Positions 49,647-60,610 are shown, counted from the first letter of the stretch. The stretch is 64,000 nucleotides of DNA from Myxococcota bacterium (GCA_965250285.1 OZ252299.1:3424001-3488000), one strand, 5' to 3'. Notes: generated by a model not told the origin, from the letters alone. Translations and numbers: made by a program.

Positions 49647-49839
49647 CCCTAGTCGGAAGAACGGATCGCACGACGCGGTGAAGCCGCGACCCGATGACCG
49701 CTCTTCCGACGGACGGAAGGGTGTCTTCGCGAGGTCGCGAACGCCGTGCGTGCAAACGCAGCTCCACGACCTCGCTTCACCGTGTGATCCAGGCCGGCCA
49801 CGCTGGCGGACCACACGACCCAGACGAGGAGGCAAGACC

Positions 49840-50880
49840 GTGGAACGCACGACAACTCGAGAACGAGACGGCGCGAGCCGCCAACCCCAGGGCGTCGACG
49901 TCGGCGTCGTCGGTGCGACGGGCGCCGTCGGCGAGGTGCTGATCCGCCTGCTCTTCGAGCGCGGCTTTCCGGTGCGCGAGCTTCGACCGCTCGCGAGTGA
50001 GCGCTCGGTCGGCCGACGCGTGCTCGCCGGTGGACGCGAATTCGAGGTCCACCAGGCCGATGCGGGGGCCTTCGACGGGCTCGACGTCGTCTTCTTCGCA
50101 GCGACGGGCGGGCTCTCGGGCGAGCTCGCCCCCGCGGTGGTCGAAGCCGGCGCCGTCGCCATCGACAAGTCGAGCACGTTTCGCATGAAAGCGGGCGTCC
50201 CGCTCGTCGTGCCCGAAGTGAACGCACATGCGCTGCGCGACCACGACGGCATCATCGCGTGTCCGAACTGTACGACCATCGGGCTGGTGATGGCGCTCGC
50301 GCCCCTCGAGACCGAGGCACACCTCGACCGGGTCATCGCTACGACGCTGCAGTCGGTTTCGGGCTCCGGGCGGCCGGGCGTCGATGAGCTACATCGGCAG
50401 CTCGCCGACGACGAGGCGGCGCCCGACGTGTTCGCCGCGCCGATCGCCCGCAACGTCGTGCCGCTGTGCGATCAGGCCTTGCCCGACGGCGCGTCGAGCG
50501 AGGAGCACAAGCTGGTCGACGAGACGCGCAAGATCCTCGGCCGCCCCGATCTGCCGGTGCACGCGACGTGTGTCCGCGTCCCGGTCGAGGTCGGGCACTC
50601 GGCGTCGGTGATCGTCGAGACCCGGCGTGACCTCGACGCGGTGGGCGCACGCGCGGCCTGGCGCGCCTTCCCCGGCGTCGAGGTCGTCGACGACTGGCCG
50701 GCCGGCGTGTTCCCGACGCCCCGCGACGTCGAAGGCCGCGACGAGGTGCTCGTCGGGCGCGCGCGCCCCGACGCTGCGACGGGCGGCCTCGCCTTCTTCG
50801 AGGTTTCGGACAACCTGCGCAAGGGCGCCGCGACCAACGCGATCCAGATCGCCGAGACCCTCTTCACGCCCGGTCGCTGA
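49840..50880 (+). CDS. asd: Aspartate-semialdehyde dehydrogenase
   Basis: VGATGAVG, PLVVPEVN, PNCTT, QSVSGSG, CVRVPV..GHS, DNLRKGAATNA; GAGGAGG RBS. Confidence 0.95.
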   Translation: MERTTTRERDGASRQPQGVDVGVVGATGAVGEVLIRLLFERGFPVRELRPLASERSVGRRVLAGGREFEVHQADAGAFDGLDVVFFAATGGLSGELAPAVVEAGAVAIDKSSTFRMKAGVPLVVPEVNAHALRDHDGIIACPNCTTIGLVMALAPLETEAHLDRVIATTLQSVSGSGRPGVDELHRQLADDEAAPDVFAAPIARNVVPLCDQALPDGASSEEHKLVDETRKILGRPDLPVHATCVRVPVEVGHSASVIVETRRDLDAVGARAAWRAFPGVEVVDDWPAGVFPTPRDVEGRDEVLVGRARPDAATGGLAFFEVSDNLRKGAATNAIQIAETLFTPGR

Positions 50881-50990
50881 CCCGCGCCTTCGAGGGGACG
50901 GGGAACCGGGGCTCGCCTATTCTCGCGCGCCCCGCCCGGCCGAGAGGCCGCGTTCCCCGCCCCTCCCAGGCGCATACCCAGGAGCCCCCC

Positions 50991-51848
50991 ATGGAGCAGG
51001 CCGCGCTCGACGAGCTGATCGACATCCTCGATCTCGAGGAGCTCGAGCTGAACCTGTTTCGCGGACGCAGTCCGCAGGAGGAACGGCAGCGTGTGTTCGG
51101 GGGCCAGGTCGCCGGGCAGGCGCTCGTGGCCGCGTATCGCACGGTCGACGATCGCGCGGTGCACTCGCTGCACTCGTACTTTCTGCGCCCCGGCGATCCG
51201 AACGTGCCCATCATCTACCAGGTCGATCGCCTCCGCGACGGCCGCAGCTTCTGCGCGCGCCGCGTCACGGCGATTCAGCACGGCCAGGCGATCTTCGCGC
51301 TCGCGGCCTCTTTTCAGGCGCCCGAAGACAGCTTCGAGCACCAGGCGCCCATGCCCGACACGACGCCTCCCGAAGAGCTGCCCACGTTCGCGGAGCGCAT
51401 CGCGCAGCGAATCGCCGCCGGAGAGAAAGAAGAGCCGTGGATGCGGCGCCCCCGGCCCATCGACACGCGCATGGTCGAGCCGGTCATGGACTACACCGGC
51501 AAGGCCATGCAGGCGCCGGTCGGACAGGTGTGGATCCGAGCGAACGGCAAGCTGCCCGACGATCCCGTGCTGCACACCTGCGTGGTCGCCTATGCGTCGG
51601 ACATGACGCTCGTCGATACCGCGGCGCGGCCGCATCCGATCGCGTTCGATGAGACGCTCCAGCTCGCGAGCCTCGACCACGCCATGTGGTTCCACCGCCC
51701 GTTCCGCGCCGACGAGTGGCTGCTCTACGCGCAGGAGAGTCCGAACATGTCGAATGCCCGCGGCTTCACGACCGCGCGGTTCTTCACCGCCGACGGTCGA
51801 CTCGCCGTCTCGGTCGCGCAGGAAGGGCTCTTTCGGGTTCGCGACTGA
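50991..51848 (+). CDS. tesB: Acyl-CoA thioesterase II
   Basis: VFGGQVAGQAL, HSLHSYFLRPG, RDGRSF, YASD, SLDHAMWFH, QEG. Confidence 0.95.
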   Translation: MEQAALDELIDILDLEELELNLFRGRSPQEERQRVFGGQVAGQALVAAYRTVDDRAVHSLHSYFLRPGDPNVPIIYQVDRLRDGRSFCARRVTAIQHGQAIFALAASFQAPEDSFEHQAPMPDTTPPEELPTFAERIAQRIAAGEKEEPWMRRPRPIDTRMVEPVMDYTGKAMQAPVGQVWIRANGKLPDDPVLHTCVVAYASDMTLVDTAARPHPIAFDETLQLASLDHAMWFHRPFRADEWLLYAQESPNMSNARGFTTARFFTADGRLAVSVAQEGLFRVRD

Positions 51849-52281
51849 GGGCGGGCGCGCTCGATTCCGCCGAAATGTCGAACCGTGGGACGGTTCTGAA
51901 CGGCCGCTGGGCGCGCGTGCGCGATCGATGGGCACGGATCGAACGTTCTGCACGCAGGCCCATCGCTCGAATGGGCCGATTTCGGCTCATTTCGATCACG
52001 GGATGAGCCGGCTCGAGCGCACACCAGCAACCCCGGTGCAGCTTCGATCCCCCCTCGACCGGCCTGAGTGGGCCGATCGCTCCCCCGATCGAGCGGCCGG
52101 GGCCGGCACGAACGACTCGATCGAGTCCTGTGTGGGCGGTGTGCCGCCCATCCCATCAGCACGTGCTCGCTCGATGTGCAGGCCCCAGCCCGCTCGCCGA
52201 CGAAGCGGGCCCGATCAGGGCCGCGGCTGACTCAGAGCGCACTCAGCCCCACGTGACCGCCTTCACATCGTCACAGCGAGT

Positions 52282-52297
52282 TGGCACGGCCGTTGCT
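52282..52297 (+). promoter_or_regulatory. Sigma54 (-24/-12) promoter of the amtB/P-II operon
   Basis: TGGCACG-GCCG-TTGCT, a perfect consensus match upstream of nitrogen genes. Confidence 0.9.
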
Positions 52298-52461
52298 TTA
52301 TGAGAACGCGATTCGAGACATCCGGCCTTTGGTTCGCCACGGGGAAGGGTTCCCGGCCGGTTCGAAAGTGAAAGAAAGCACCCAACCAGGATTCGACAGC
52401 GAAAAGGTCGGCCGGCCGCAGAAGCGGCGCCAACCCGAATCACCCCCACATGGAGATGAAA

Positions 52462-53841
52462 ATGACTCGCAAGCTCGCCCTCATGGCCTTGACCGGTGCA
52501 CTCGTCGTGCCCGGGCTGGCGCTGGCCGACGACGGGATCAGCCCCGGCACGTTCGTGGCCAACAACGTGTGGATGATGCTGGCCGCCGCGCTGGTGTTCA
52601 TCATGCACCTTGGCTTCTCGATGGTCGAGACCGGCCTCACACGCGCCAAGAACACGGTGAACATCCTCTTCAAGAACGTGTTCATCATCTGCGCCGGCAT
52701 CCTCACCTACTACATCATGGGCTTCAACCTGATGTACCCCGGTGACTTCAACGGCTTCGTCGGCTTCGCAGGCTTCGGCCTCGGCGCGGGCTTCGACCCC
52801 GAGTCGGTCACCACGGCCTACGCCGACGGTGGCTACACGTACTGGACCGACTTCCTCTTCCAGGCGATGTTCGCTGCGACCGCGGCGACGATCGTCTCCG
52901 GTGCCGTGGCCGAGCGCATCAAGCTCACCTCGTTCATGGTCTTCGTGATCCCGTTCGTCATGGTCGTCTACACGATCGCGGGCAGCTGGAAGTGGGGCGG
53001 TGGCTTCCTCGACGGCATGGGCTTCTACGACTTCGCGGGTTCGACGCTCGTGCACTCGGTCGGTGGTTGGGGCGCGCTCGTCGGCATCCTCTTCCTCGGA
53101 CCGCGCCTCGGCAAGTACGCCAAGGATGGCCGCATGACGCCGATTCCCGGCTCGAGCATGCCTTCGGCCACGATCGGCGTGTTCCTGCTCTGGCTCGGAT
53201 GGTTCGGCTTCAACGGCGGCTCGGTGCTGTCGGCTGACCCGGCCCTGACCTCGTTCGTGCTCGTCACGACCTGCCTCGCTGCGGCCGCCGGCGGCCTGGG
53301 CGCGATGCTCGCCTACTCGTTCGTGAGCTCGAAGCCCGACCTCTCGATGTCGCTGAACGGCATCCTGGCCGGCCTCGTGGGCATCACGGCCGGTGCGGAC
53401 GTGATCAACCCGCTCGCCGCGATCTTCGTCGGTGCCGTCGCCGGTGCCCTCGTCGTGGCTTCGGTCATCACCTTCGACAAGCTCAAGATCGACGATCCGG
53501 TCGGTGCGACCTCGGTCCACCTCACGTGCGGCATCTGGGGCACGCTGGCCGTCGGCATCTTCTCGACGAACCCCGATCACAGCTTCATGACCCAGCTCAT
53601 CGGCGTGGGGGCCTACGCGATCTTCACGGTGATCTGCTCGGCGATCATCTTCGGTGCGATCAAGGCCACGATCGGCCTGCGCGTCAGCGAAGAAGAGGAG
53701 ATCGAGGGTCTCGACCTGGGCGAGCACGGCATGCACGCCTACGACATCGCTCCCAGCACGGGCCCGTTCGACGACGCCCACCTCCGAGGGGCCGGCAGCG
53801 CTGCCGCCGTCGCCTCGACCAAGCTGGCGACCGAGAGTTAA
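52462..53841 (+). CDS. amtB: Ammonium transporter
   Basis: FQAMFAATAATIVSGAVAER, DFAGSTLVH, LWLGWFGFNGGS, NGILAGLVGIT, IDDPV..VH. Start 52450-52462. Confidence 0.97.
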   Translation: MTRKLALMALTGALVVPGLALADDGISPGTFVANNVWMMLAAALVFIMHLGFSMVETGLTRAKNTVNILFKNVFIICAGILTYYIMGFNLMYPGDFNGFVGFAGFGLGAGFDPESVTTAYADGGYTYWTDFLFQAMFAATAATIVSGAVAERIKLTSFMVFVIPFVMVVYTIAGSWKWGGGFLDGMGFYDFAGSTLVHSVGGWGALVGILFLGPRLGKYAKDGRMTPIPGSSMPSATIGVFLLWLGWFGFNGGSVLSADPALTSFVLVTTCLAAAAGGLGAMLAYSFVSSKPDLSMSLNGILAGLVGITAGADVINPLAAIFVGAVAGALVVASVITFDKLKIDDPVGATSVHLTCGIWGTLAVGIFSTNPDHSFMTQLIGVGAYAIFTVICSAIIFGAIKATIGLRVSEEEEIEGLDLGEHGMHAYDIAPSTGPFDDAHLRGAGSAAAVASTKLATES

Positions 53842-53874
53842 CGCGGGGGCAACAAGAGCCGGGGGGCTCGGTGA

Positions 53875-54282
<408 letters not shown>

Positions 54283-54309
54283 TCGCGACGGTCGACCAGG
54301 GACGACCAA

Positions 54310-54342
54310 GAGGGCCGGCGATGCGTTGCATCGTCGGCCCTC
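54310..54342. terminator. Hairpin terminator after the P-II gene
   Basis: GAGGGCCGGCGATGC-GTT-GCATCGTCGGCCCTC followed by ACTCTTTCT. Confidence 0.7.
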
Positions 54343-54368
54343 ACTCTTTCTGGACGCCGCCCCCGGCG

Positions 54369-55343
54369 TCAGGGCTCGACGACGAGCTTGCCGACGGTGC
54401 GGCGCTCGTCGAGCGCGATCAGCGCCTCGCTGACGCCCTCGAGCGGCACACGCATCTGGATCAGCGGCCGGATCGCGCCCGTCGAGTACAGCTCGGCACA
54501 GCCGCGGAAGGCCTCGGCCATCTTCTCGGGGGCATGGTCACGGTAGGCGGGCCAGTGAAGCCCCGTGACCGCGATGTTCTTGAGCATGATCCGGTTGGCC
54601 CGGATCTCGGGAATCGTCCCCGACGCGAAGCCGACCACGACGAGGCGGCCATCCCACGCGATGCACTTGAGCGAGCGCTCGAAGACGTCGCCGCCGACCG
54701 GATCGAAGATCACATCGGCGCCGCGTCCATCCGTCTCACGCTTCACCGCCTCGACGAGATCGTCGGCCCCTGAGTCGAGCCCGACGTCGGCGCCCGCATC
54801 GCGCGCGACATCGAGCTTGTCGGCGCCGCTGGCCGTCGCGATGACCCGCGCACCGAGCGCGCAGCCGATCTGAACCGCGGCCAGGCCGGTGGCACCGGCC
54901 GCAGCATGTACGAGCAACGTCTCGCCGGGTTGGAGCGCCCCGCGAAAGACGAGACCTGCGTACGCGGTCGGGTACACGATCGGCAGGGCGGCGCCTTCAT
55001 CGAAGGGCATGCCTTCGGGCATCACGGTCGCAAGGGCATCCGCGACGACGACCTGCTCGGCAAAGGCGCCCGTCCCCGTCAGCGCGAAGACCCGTTGCCC
55101 GACGCGATCGCTCGGCACGCCCGGCCCGACCGCGACCACCTCGCCCGCGGCCTCGCGACCGAGAATGAAGGGGAGCGGTGGCTTCTCCTGATACTTGCCC
55201 CGCATCAGGAGTAGATCCGAGAAGTTGCACGCGGCCGCGCGCACGCGAATCGCGAGCTCGCCGTCTCCGGGCTCGGGGGGGTCGATCTCGCTCACCCGAA
55301 GATCTCCGGGCTCCATCAATCGATCGATCACGATCGCGCGCAC
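54369..55343 (-). CDS. NADPH:quinone oxidoreductase (zeta-crystallin/MDR family)
   Basis: GKYQEKPPLPF.LG.E, VHAAAGATG, DPVGG, VVGFASG; GGAGGAG RBS. Confidence 0.93.
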   Translation of the reverse strand: MRAIVIDRLMEPGDLRVSEIDPPEPGDGELAIRVRAAACNFSDLLLMRGKYQEKPPLPFILGREAAGEVVAVGPGVPSDRVGQRVFALTGTGAFAEQVVVADALATVMPEGMPFDEGAALPIVYPTAYAGLVFRGALQPGETLLVHAAAGATGLAAVQIGCALGARVIATASGADKLDVARDAGADVGLDSGADDLVEAVKRETDGRGADVIFDPVGGDVFERSLKCIAWDGRLVVVGFASGTIPEIRANRIMLKNIAVTGLHWPAYRDHAPEKMAEAFRGCAELYSTGAIRPLIQMRVPLEGVSEALIALDERRTVGKLVVEP

Positions 55344-55555
55344 GGTCTGCTCCTCCATGGCCCGAGACGGTCGCGGGGCGCCGATTCTACCGGGGCCGCT
55401 CGCGGTCGAGCCACTCTCGACGCCGGCGACGCAGACGACACGGGCAGCGACACCGCCCGGGCCGGGGGCGAGAAGCGTGCCGCGCTGGCTCGCCGACCGA
55501 ACCCGTTACACTCGACGTCCGTCTCACACCTCGACCGCTCTCCAAGCGAGGCCCC

Positions 55556-56614
55556 ATGCCGAAGATGTGCTCGTCCCTGCGCTCGATTCGTACCCAGGCG
55601 AGGGGCCTCGCGCTCGTCGCGCTGGTTGCCCTCATGGCGGCCGCGCCGCTCGGTTGCGCGAGCGACGGCAAGGCGAAGTCGCCGCCCGCCGGGCCGGGCC
55701 CGGACGCGCTGGCGCTCAAGGAGGCGCTCGGTGCCGGGCCGGTGCCCGCCGACCCGCTCTTCTGGCGCGTGACGCCGGACGGCGGCGCGACGCTCTACCT
55801 GCTCGGATCGATCCACTTCGGCCCGCCCGCTGGCTGGCAGCTCTCAGGCCCGGTCGTCGACGCATTCAATGGCAGCGGCACGCTCGTGGTCGAGGCCGAT
55901 GATCGCGGCATCGACCAGAATCAGATGCAGTCGATCATCATCCGGCACGCGCTGAACCCACCCGGCTCGACGCTGCGAGACATGGTGTCGGTGGAGACAT
56001 ACGGCAAGCTCGAAGCGTACTTGAGGGCACGCGGCGAGAGCGTCGACACGATGCAGCCCTTTCGACCCTGGATGGTCGCGACGGTGCTGACGATGAGCAC
56101 CGTCAACGAGCTCGGCTTCTCAGCCGAGACCGGCGTCGACCGCACCCTCCTCGGCAACGCAGGCGAGCGCGAGGTGATCCCGCTCGAAACGATCGAGTCT
56201 CAGCTCGAGATCTTCAGTCGGCTGTCGCCGCAGCTCGACGCACTCTTCCTGAAGGACACCCTCGACCAGCTCGGTGAGGCCGGCACGATGCTGCTCGACA
56301 TGGCCCAGGATTGGCGCGTCGGCGACGAGCCGGGGCTCGCCGAGCTGCTGAGCGAATCGCTGGACAGCGGAGGCGAACTCGCCGAGCTGCACGATTCGCT
56401 GATCGTCGAACGCAACAAGGCGATGACCCGCGCCCTGGCGGCGCTCGCACGCGACCCGAACCGAGCGGGGCAGGACGTCTTCGTGGTCGTCGGGGCCGCG
56501 CACTTCGTCGGCGAAGCGAACATTCGACAGATGCTCGAGCGCGACTACGACCTGACGTCGACCGCGCTGCCCTCGGCGGTGGCTGCGACCGACGGGTCCC
56601 GCCGTGGCCACTGA
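55556..56614 (+). CDS. TraB/GumN family lipoprotein
   Basis: Lipobox LGC, YLLGSIH, GVD, LET..Q, RN..M, VVGAAHF. Confidence 0.9.
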   Translation: MPKMCSSLRSIRTQARGLALVALVALMAAAPLGCASDGKAKSPPAGPGPDALALKEALGAGPVPADPLFWRVTPDGGATLYLLGSIHFGPPAGWQLSGPVVDAFNGSGTLVVEADDRGIDQNQMQSIIIRHALNPPGSTLRDMVSVETYGKLEAYLRARGESVDTMQPFRPWMVATVLTMSTVNELGFSAETGVDRTLLGNAGEREVIPLETIESQLEIFSRLSPQLDALFLKDTLDQLGEAGTMLLDMAQDWRVGDEPGLAELLSESLDSGGELAELHDSLIVERNKAMTRALAALARDPNRAGQDVFVVVGAAHFVGEANIRQMLERDYDLTSTALPSAVAATDGSRRGH

Positions 56615-57197
56615 CGCTGACACCGAAGCCCTCGTCTCCATCCACCCGACGGCCTGGTGCGCGCCGGGCGTGCAGATCTACGGCAAGGTGACGATCGACG
56701 AAGAGGTGTCGATCTGGCCGAATGCCGTGATTCGCGCCGAGTGCCACGAGGTCCAGATTGGGCGCTACACGAACCTGCAGGATTTCGTGATGGTGCACGT
56801 CGGGTACGACGCGGGCACGCGCGTCGGTGCGTTCTGTTCGATCACCCACCACGCGACGATCCACGGCTGCACGATCGAGGACGAGTGCCTGATCGGCATC
56901 AACGCGTGCATCATGGACGGCGCCGTCATCGGTCGCGGCTCGATCGTCGCCGGCAACGCGATGGTGCGCGAGGGCAGCGTCTTTCCGCCCGGCTCCGTGG
57001 TCGCGGGTGTGCCCGCCAAGCAGATCGCCGAACGCGACAACGCCCGCGCGAACCGACTCAATGCGTGGCTCTACCACTTCAACAAGCAGGGCTACGAGCG
57101 CGGCGATCACCGCGTCTGGACGGGCGACGAGTACCGCGCCTGGCTCGCGGAGAAGAAGAAGCAGATCGAAGCGGACCGGGATCTGCTCGGGCTCTAG
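56604..57197 (+). CDS. Gamma carbonic anhydrase family (hexapeptide repeat) protein
   Basis: WPNAVIR, TNLQD..MVH, THHATIHGC, GVPAK. Confidence 0.92.
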   Translation: MATDADTEALVSIHPTAWCAPGVQIYGKVTIDEEVSIWPNAVIRAECHEVQIGRYTNLQDFVMVHVGYDAGTRVGAFCSITHHATIHGCTIEDECLIGINACIMDGAVIGRGSIVAGNAMVREGSVFPPGSVVAGVPAKQIAERDNARANRLNAWLYHFNKQGYERGDHRVWTGDEYRAWLAEKKKQIEADRDLLGL

Positions 57198-57212
57198 CCC
57201 GACGCGTCGTCG

Positions 57213-58781
57213 CTACACGACGCCCGTCGCGTGCCCGGCCCAGTACGGTGCGCGCAGGTCGCGTTTCATGATCTTGCCCGAGCCGTTGCGCGGGATCTCG
57301 CTCGTGAACGAGACCGAGCGAGGCAGCTTGTAACCGGCCAGGTGCGCCCGCGCCCATTCGACGAGCCCCGCTTCGTCGAGGCCGCTGCCGTCACGCGCGA
57401 CGAGCACGGCATGCACGCTCTCGCCCCACTCCTCGCTCGGGATACCGAACACGGCGACGTCCATCACATCGGGGTGCTGGTCGAGCGTCGCCTCGATCTC
57501 GGCGGGATAGATGTTGACCCCGCCCGAGATGATCATGTCCTTCTTTCGATCACAGATGAAGTAGAAGCCCTCATCGTCGAAGTACGCCACATCGCCCACG
57601 GTGTGGTAGTCACCGCGCCGGTCCGCTTCGTACTTGTCTCTGGCCTTGTGGTACTCGCTGAACACGCTGCCGCTGCGCGCGAACAGCTCGCCGCGCTCTC
57701 CCGGCCGGGTCACCTGCCGGCCGTCGTCGTCGAAGAGCGCGAGCTCGACACCGGGGGCCGCGCGACCACACGATCCCTTCTTCGAGCGCTGATGCTCCGG
57801 CCGCAGGATCGTGTTGACGCCCAGCTCGGTCGAGCCGTAGACCTCGAAGAGCGATTCTTCGGGAAAGTCGCTCAGGTAGGCCTCCTTGAGCGCCCAGGAC
57901 CACGGCGCCGCATTGGCGACGAAGACCCGCATGCTCGATCGGTCGTAGCGGCGCTTCACCTCGTCGGGCAGCTGGGTGACGAGCCGAATCGGCGTGGGGG
58001 CGCCGAAGGTGCTCGTCACGCCCCAGCGATCGACCAGGCGCAGCCAATCCTCGGCGTCGAACTTGCGCTGCACGACGACGGTCTGCCCGAGCAGCTGTGC
58101 GATCGACATGAATCCGCCCGGGCCCGAGTGGTAAAGCGGGCCGGTCGTCAGGTAGACGTCGTCGGCGCCGTAGCCGAACTCGGCGATCAGAGCCTGGGTG
58201 ATCTTCGGGTCGCCGAGCCCGCGCCGGACCGCGCCCTTCGGTTTGCCGGTGGTGCCCGACGTGTAGATCATCGTCGCCGCTTCTTCGGCGGCGGCGTCGC
58301 CGCGCCACTCGTCACTCGACGCCACCGCGAGCTTCGCGTCGGCCGACACCATGCCCTCGCCCGGCTCGCCGTCGAAGACCAGTACGTCTCGCAGCTTCGG
58401 CGCCAGCGGTCGCACGTCGGCGAAGAGCGATACGAAGTCGGCGTCGATGTACGCGAGCTCGGCATCGCAGTTGTCCACCACGTAGCCGGCCTCGTCGGCC
58501 GCCAACCGGTAGTTGAGCGGTACGGCGGTGGCGCCGAGCTTGCGCGCCGCGTTCATCATGCGGACGATGCCGGGCGAGTTGAGTCCGCACCAGACGATGC
58601 GCGTCCCTCGGCGGGCGCCGTGATCGGCGAGGACGTGCACCAGCCGATTCGCCTCGGCCTCGAGCTCGGCGAAGGTCCACTGGGTGCAGACGCCGTCGCC
58701 CGGCCGATCGTCGACCACGGCGATCTTCTCGGGCTGCGTTTCGGCCAGGCTGGAGAGCGGATCGCGGCGCGCTTCGGTCAT
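57213..58781 (-). CDS. Acyl-CoA synthetase (AMP-binding)
   Basis: YTSGTTGKPKG, PLYH, YGSTE, GD, DRKKDMIISGGVNIYPAEIE, SGKI. Confidence 0.94.
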   Translation of the reverse strand: MTEARRDPLSSLAETQPEKIAVVDDRPGDGVCTQWTFAELEAEANRLVHVLADHGARRGTRIVWCGLNSPGIVRMMNAARKLGATAVPLNYRLAADEAGYVVDNCDAELAYIDADFVSLFADVRPLAPKLRDVLVFDGEPGEGMVSADAKLAVASSDEWRGDAAAEEAATMIYTSGTTGKPKGAVRRGLGDPKITQALIAEFGYGADDVYLTTGPLYHSGPGGFMSIAQLLGQTVVVQRKFDAEDWLRLVDRWGVTSTFGAPTPIRLVTQLPDEVKRRYDRSSMRVFVANAAPWSWALKEAYLSDFPEESLFEVYGSTELGVNTILRPEHQRSKKGSCGRAAPGVELALFDDDGRQVTRPGERGELFARSGSVFSEYHKARDKYEADRRGDYHTVGDVAYFDDEGFYFICDRKKDMIISGGVNIYPAEIEATLDQHPDVMDVAVFGIPSEEWGESVHAVLVARDGSGLDEAGLVEWARAHLAGYKLPRSVSFTSEIPRNGSGKIMKRDLRAPYWAGHATGVV

Positions 58782-58898
58782 CGCGGTCTCCCGTTCGCGG
58801 CGCGCCCACGGGCGCGCCGTCGCACGGCGAACGTAGCGATGCGTGGGGGGCCGTGACCGCCTCGAGGGACGGGTCTGCTCGTGGGTCCTTCGCCGGCG

Positions 58899-59756
58899 TC
58901 AGCGAGAGGGGGGCGTGCGCTCCGACGAGGGCGTGGGCGAGGGCGAGGGCGAGCCTGCCGGGGCCTGCCCCAGCGAGGCCGGCCGCGTGGCGCGCTCGGG
59001 TGCGGACGCGCGCGCAGGCGCCGCGATGCCCCCGAAGACGAGGTCGACCCCGCGTCGAATCGCATCGAGACAGGCGTCGTCGCCGAGCAGACCGTGCGCC
59101 CACGGCACCCGGGCGCCTTCGGTCACATGGAAGATCACTCGCGCCGCCTCCATGACGTCGACGCCCTTCGCGAGATCCTTGTTGCGCATGCGACCCATCT
59201 GCAGAATCTCCATCACGAGACCCACCGTGCGGTCGTGCAGCTTGAGCACGTCGCGGGCGACACGCTGATCGGGCTTCGTGATTGCGCGCATCGCGATCGT
59301 CGTAAAGTCACGATCGGCGACGAAGAGCTCGTGCTGCGTCACGAGAAAGGCGTAGAGGCGCTCGCGGGTCGGCGCGTTGCGGTCGTCGCGCTTGCGGAAG
59401 CTGAGCCACGCGTCCTCTTGGAGCCGCGCCAGCTCGTCGACGAGCAGCTCTTCTTTGCTGCGCACATGGCGGTAGATCGAACTCGCACCCATGCCGGCGC
59501 GCCGCGCGATCTCGCGCAGCGTGGCGCCGTCGAAGCCCCGCTCTCGAAAGAGCTCGATGGCGGCCGCGCGAATGCGATCGCGACTCTTGCGGCCGCGCAC
59601 CAGCCGCCCGTCGTCGGCGCGCAGCTGCGTGCTGCGCGCGCCCGGGTCGCGCGGCCGGGCCTCGGTGGCCGGTCTGGATTGCTGGAAGGCGTCGCTACGG
59701 GCCTCGCCCGCCGCCGGCACCCCCCCAAGTGCACCGGTGTTGCGATTCACGTCCAT
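58899..59756 (-). CDS. TetR/AcrR family transcriptional regulator
   Basis: IRAAAIELFRERGFDGATLREIARRAGMGASSIYRHVRSKEEL. Start uncertain. Confidence 0.9.
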   Translation of the reverse strand: MDVNRNTGALGGVPAAGEARSDAFQQSRPATEARPRDPGARSTQLRADDGRLVRGRKSRDRIRAAAIELFRERGFDGATLREIARRAGMGASSIYRHVRSKEELLVDELARLQEDAWLSFRKRDDRNAPTRERLYAFLVTQHELFVADRDFTTIAMRAITKPDQRVARDVLKLHDRTVGLVMEILQMGRMRNKDLAKGVDVMEAARVIFHVTEGARVPWAHGLLGDDACLDAIRRGVDLVFGGIAAPARASAPERATRPASLGQAPAGSPSPSPTPSSERTPPSR

Positions 59757-59880
59757 CTGGCGAAGAAGGATCGCATAGCTGCGGCGATCCGTCAGGTCGC
59801 CGGGCGTCGCACGCACCCGACGCCCTCGGCAGCCGCCGACCGGGGCGCCTACCCTCGCCCGCCGCGGACCCGACGGCACG

Positions 59881-59952
59881 CCCGATACGCCTGATACGCC
59901 TGATACGCCTGATACGCCCGATACGCCCGATACGCCCGATACGCCCGATACG
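59881..59952. repeat. 9-bp tandem repeat x8
   Basis: CC(C/T)GATACG x8, ending directly at the AGAGGAG RBS of the MaoC-like gene. Confidence 0.95.
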
Positions 59953-59962
59953 AGAGGAGCCC

Positions 59963-60424
59963 ATGCGGACGATCTACTTCGAAGACTACGGGCCTGGCTG
60001 GTCGTCGACGGGGGGCGCCTATCGCGTCACCGAAGCCGAGGTGCTCGAGTTCGGCGCTCGCTTCGACCACCGCCCCTTCCACACCGATCGTGCGGCCGCC
60101 GAAGCGACGCACTTCGGTGGGCTGATCGCGCCCGGCTGCCTGGTCTTCTGCATCCGCACGCGGCTCGGCCTCGAGCAGGACAGCGTGCCCGACCTCATCG
60201 CCGGCCTCGGCACGGACGAGATGTCGCTGCTCGAACCGGTGCGACCCGGGGACGTGTTGAGCCTGCGGCAGGATTTCGTCGACGCGCGCCCATCGCGGTC
60301 GAAGACCGACCGCGGTCTCGTCCGAGTGCGCAGCACCGTGACGAACCAGCGCGGCGAACCGGTGATGACGATGGTGGCGAAGCTCCTCGTGCGCAGACGG
60401 AGCGCGGTCGCCAGCGGCGACTGA
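59963..60424 (+). CDS. MaoC-like (hotdog fold) dehydratase
   Basis: YFED, FD..PFHTD..AA..THFGGLIAPG, PVRPGD, NQRGE. Confidence 0.9.
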   Translation: MRTIYFEDYGPGWSSTGGAYRVTEAEVLEFGARFDHRPFHTDRAAAEATHFGGLIAPGCLVFCIRTRLGLEQDSVPDLIAGLGTDEMSLLEPVRPGDVLSLRQDFVDARPSRSKTDRGLVRVRSTVTNQRGEPVMTMVAKLLVRRRSAVASGD

Positions 60425-60434
60425 AGGCAATCCA

Positions 60435-60610
60435 GGGCCGTGAGCCGGACGGTGCGACACGCTCCACGCGCGTTGCGCCTCGCCACCCTGCCATCCAGCA
60501 CGCACGCAGGTCCTGGATGCAAGAAGGCCGAGCCTGGCGGCCCGGCCTTCGCGCGCCGGATCGACCCTTCCCAGAAGGATCCGGCACAGGCGGCTCCGCT
60601 CACGGGGCCG
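60435..60610 (-). ncRNA. Candidate structured small RNA (unassigned)
   Basis: Closing stem CCGTGAGC/GCTCACGG around four hairpins; TATAGT at 60618-60623 on the minus strand just upstream. Confidence 0.45.
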
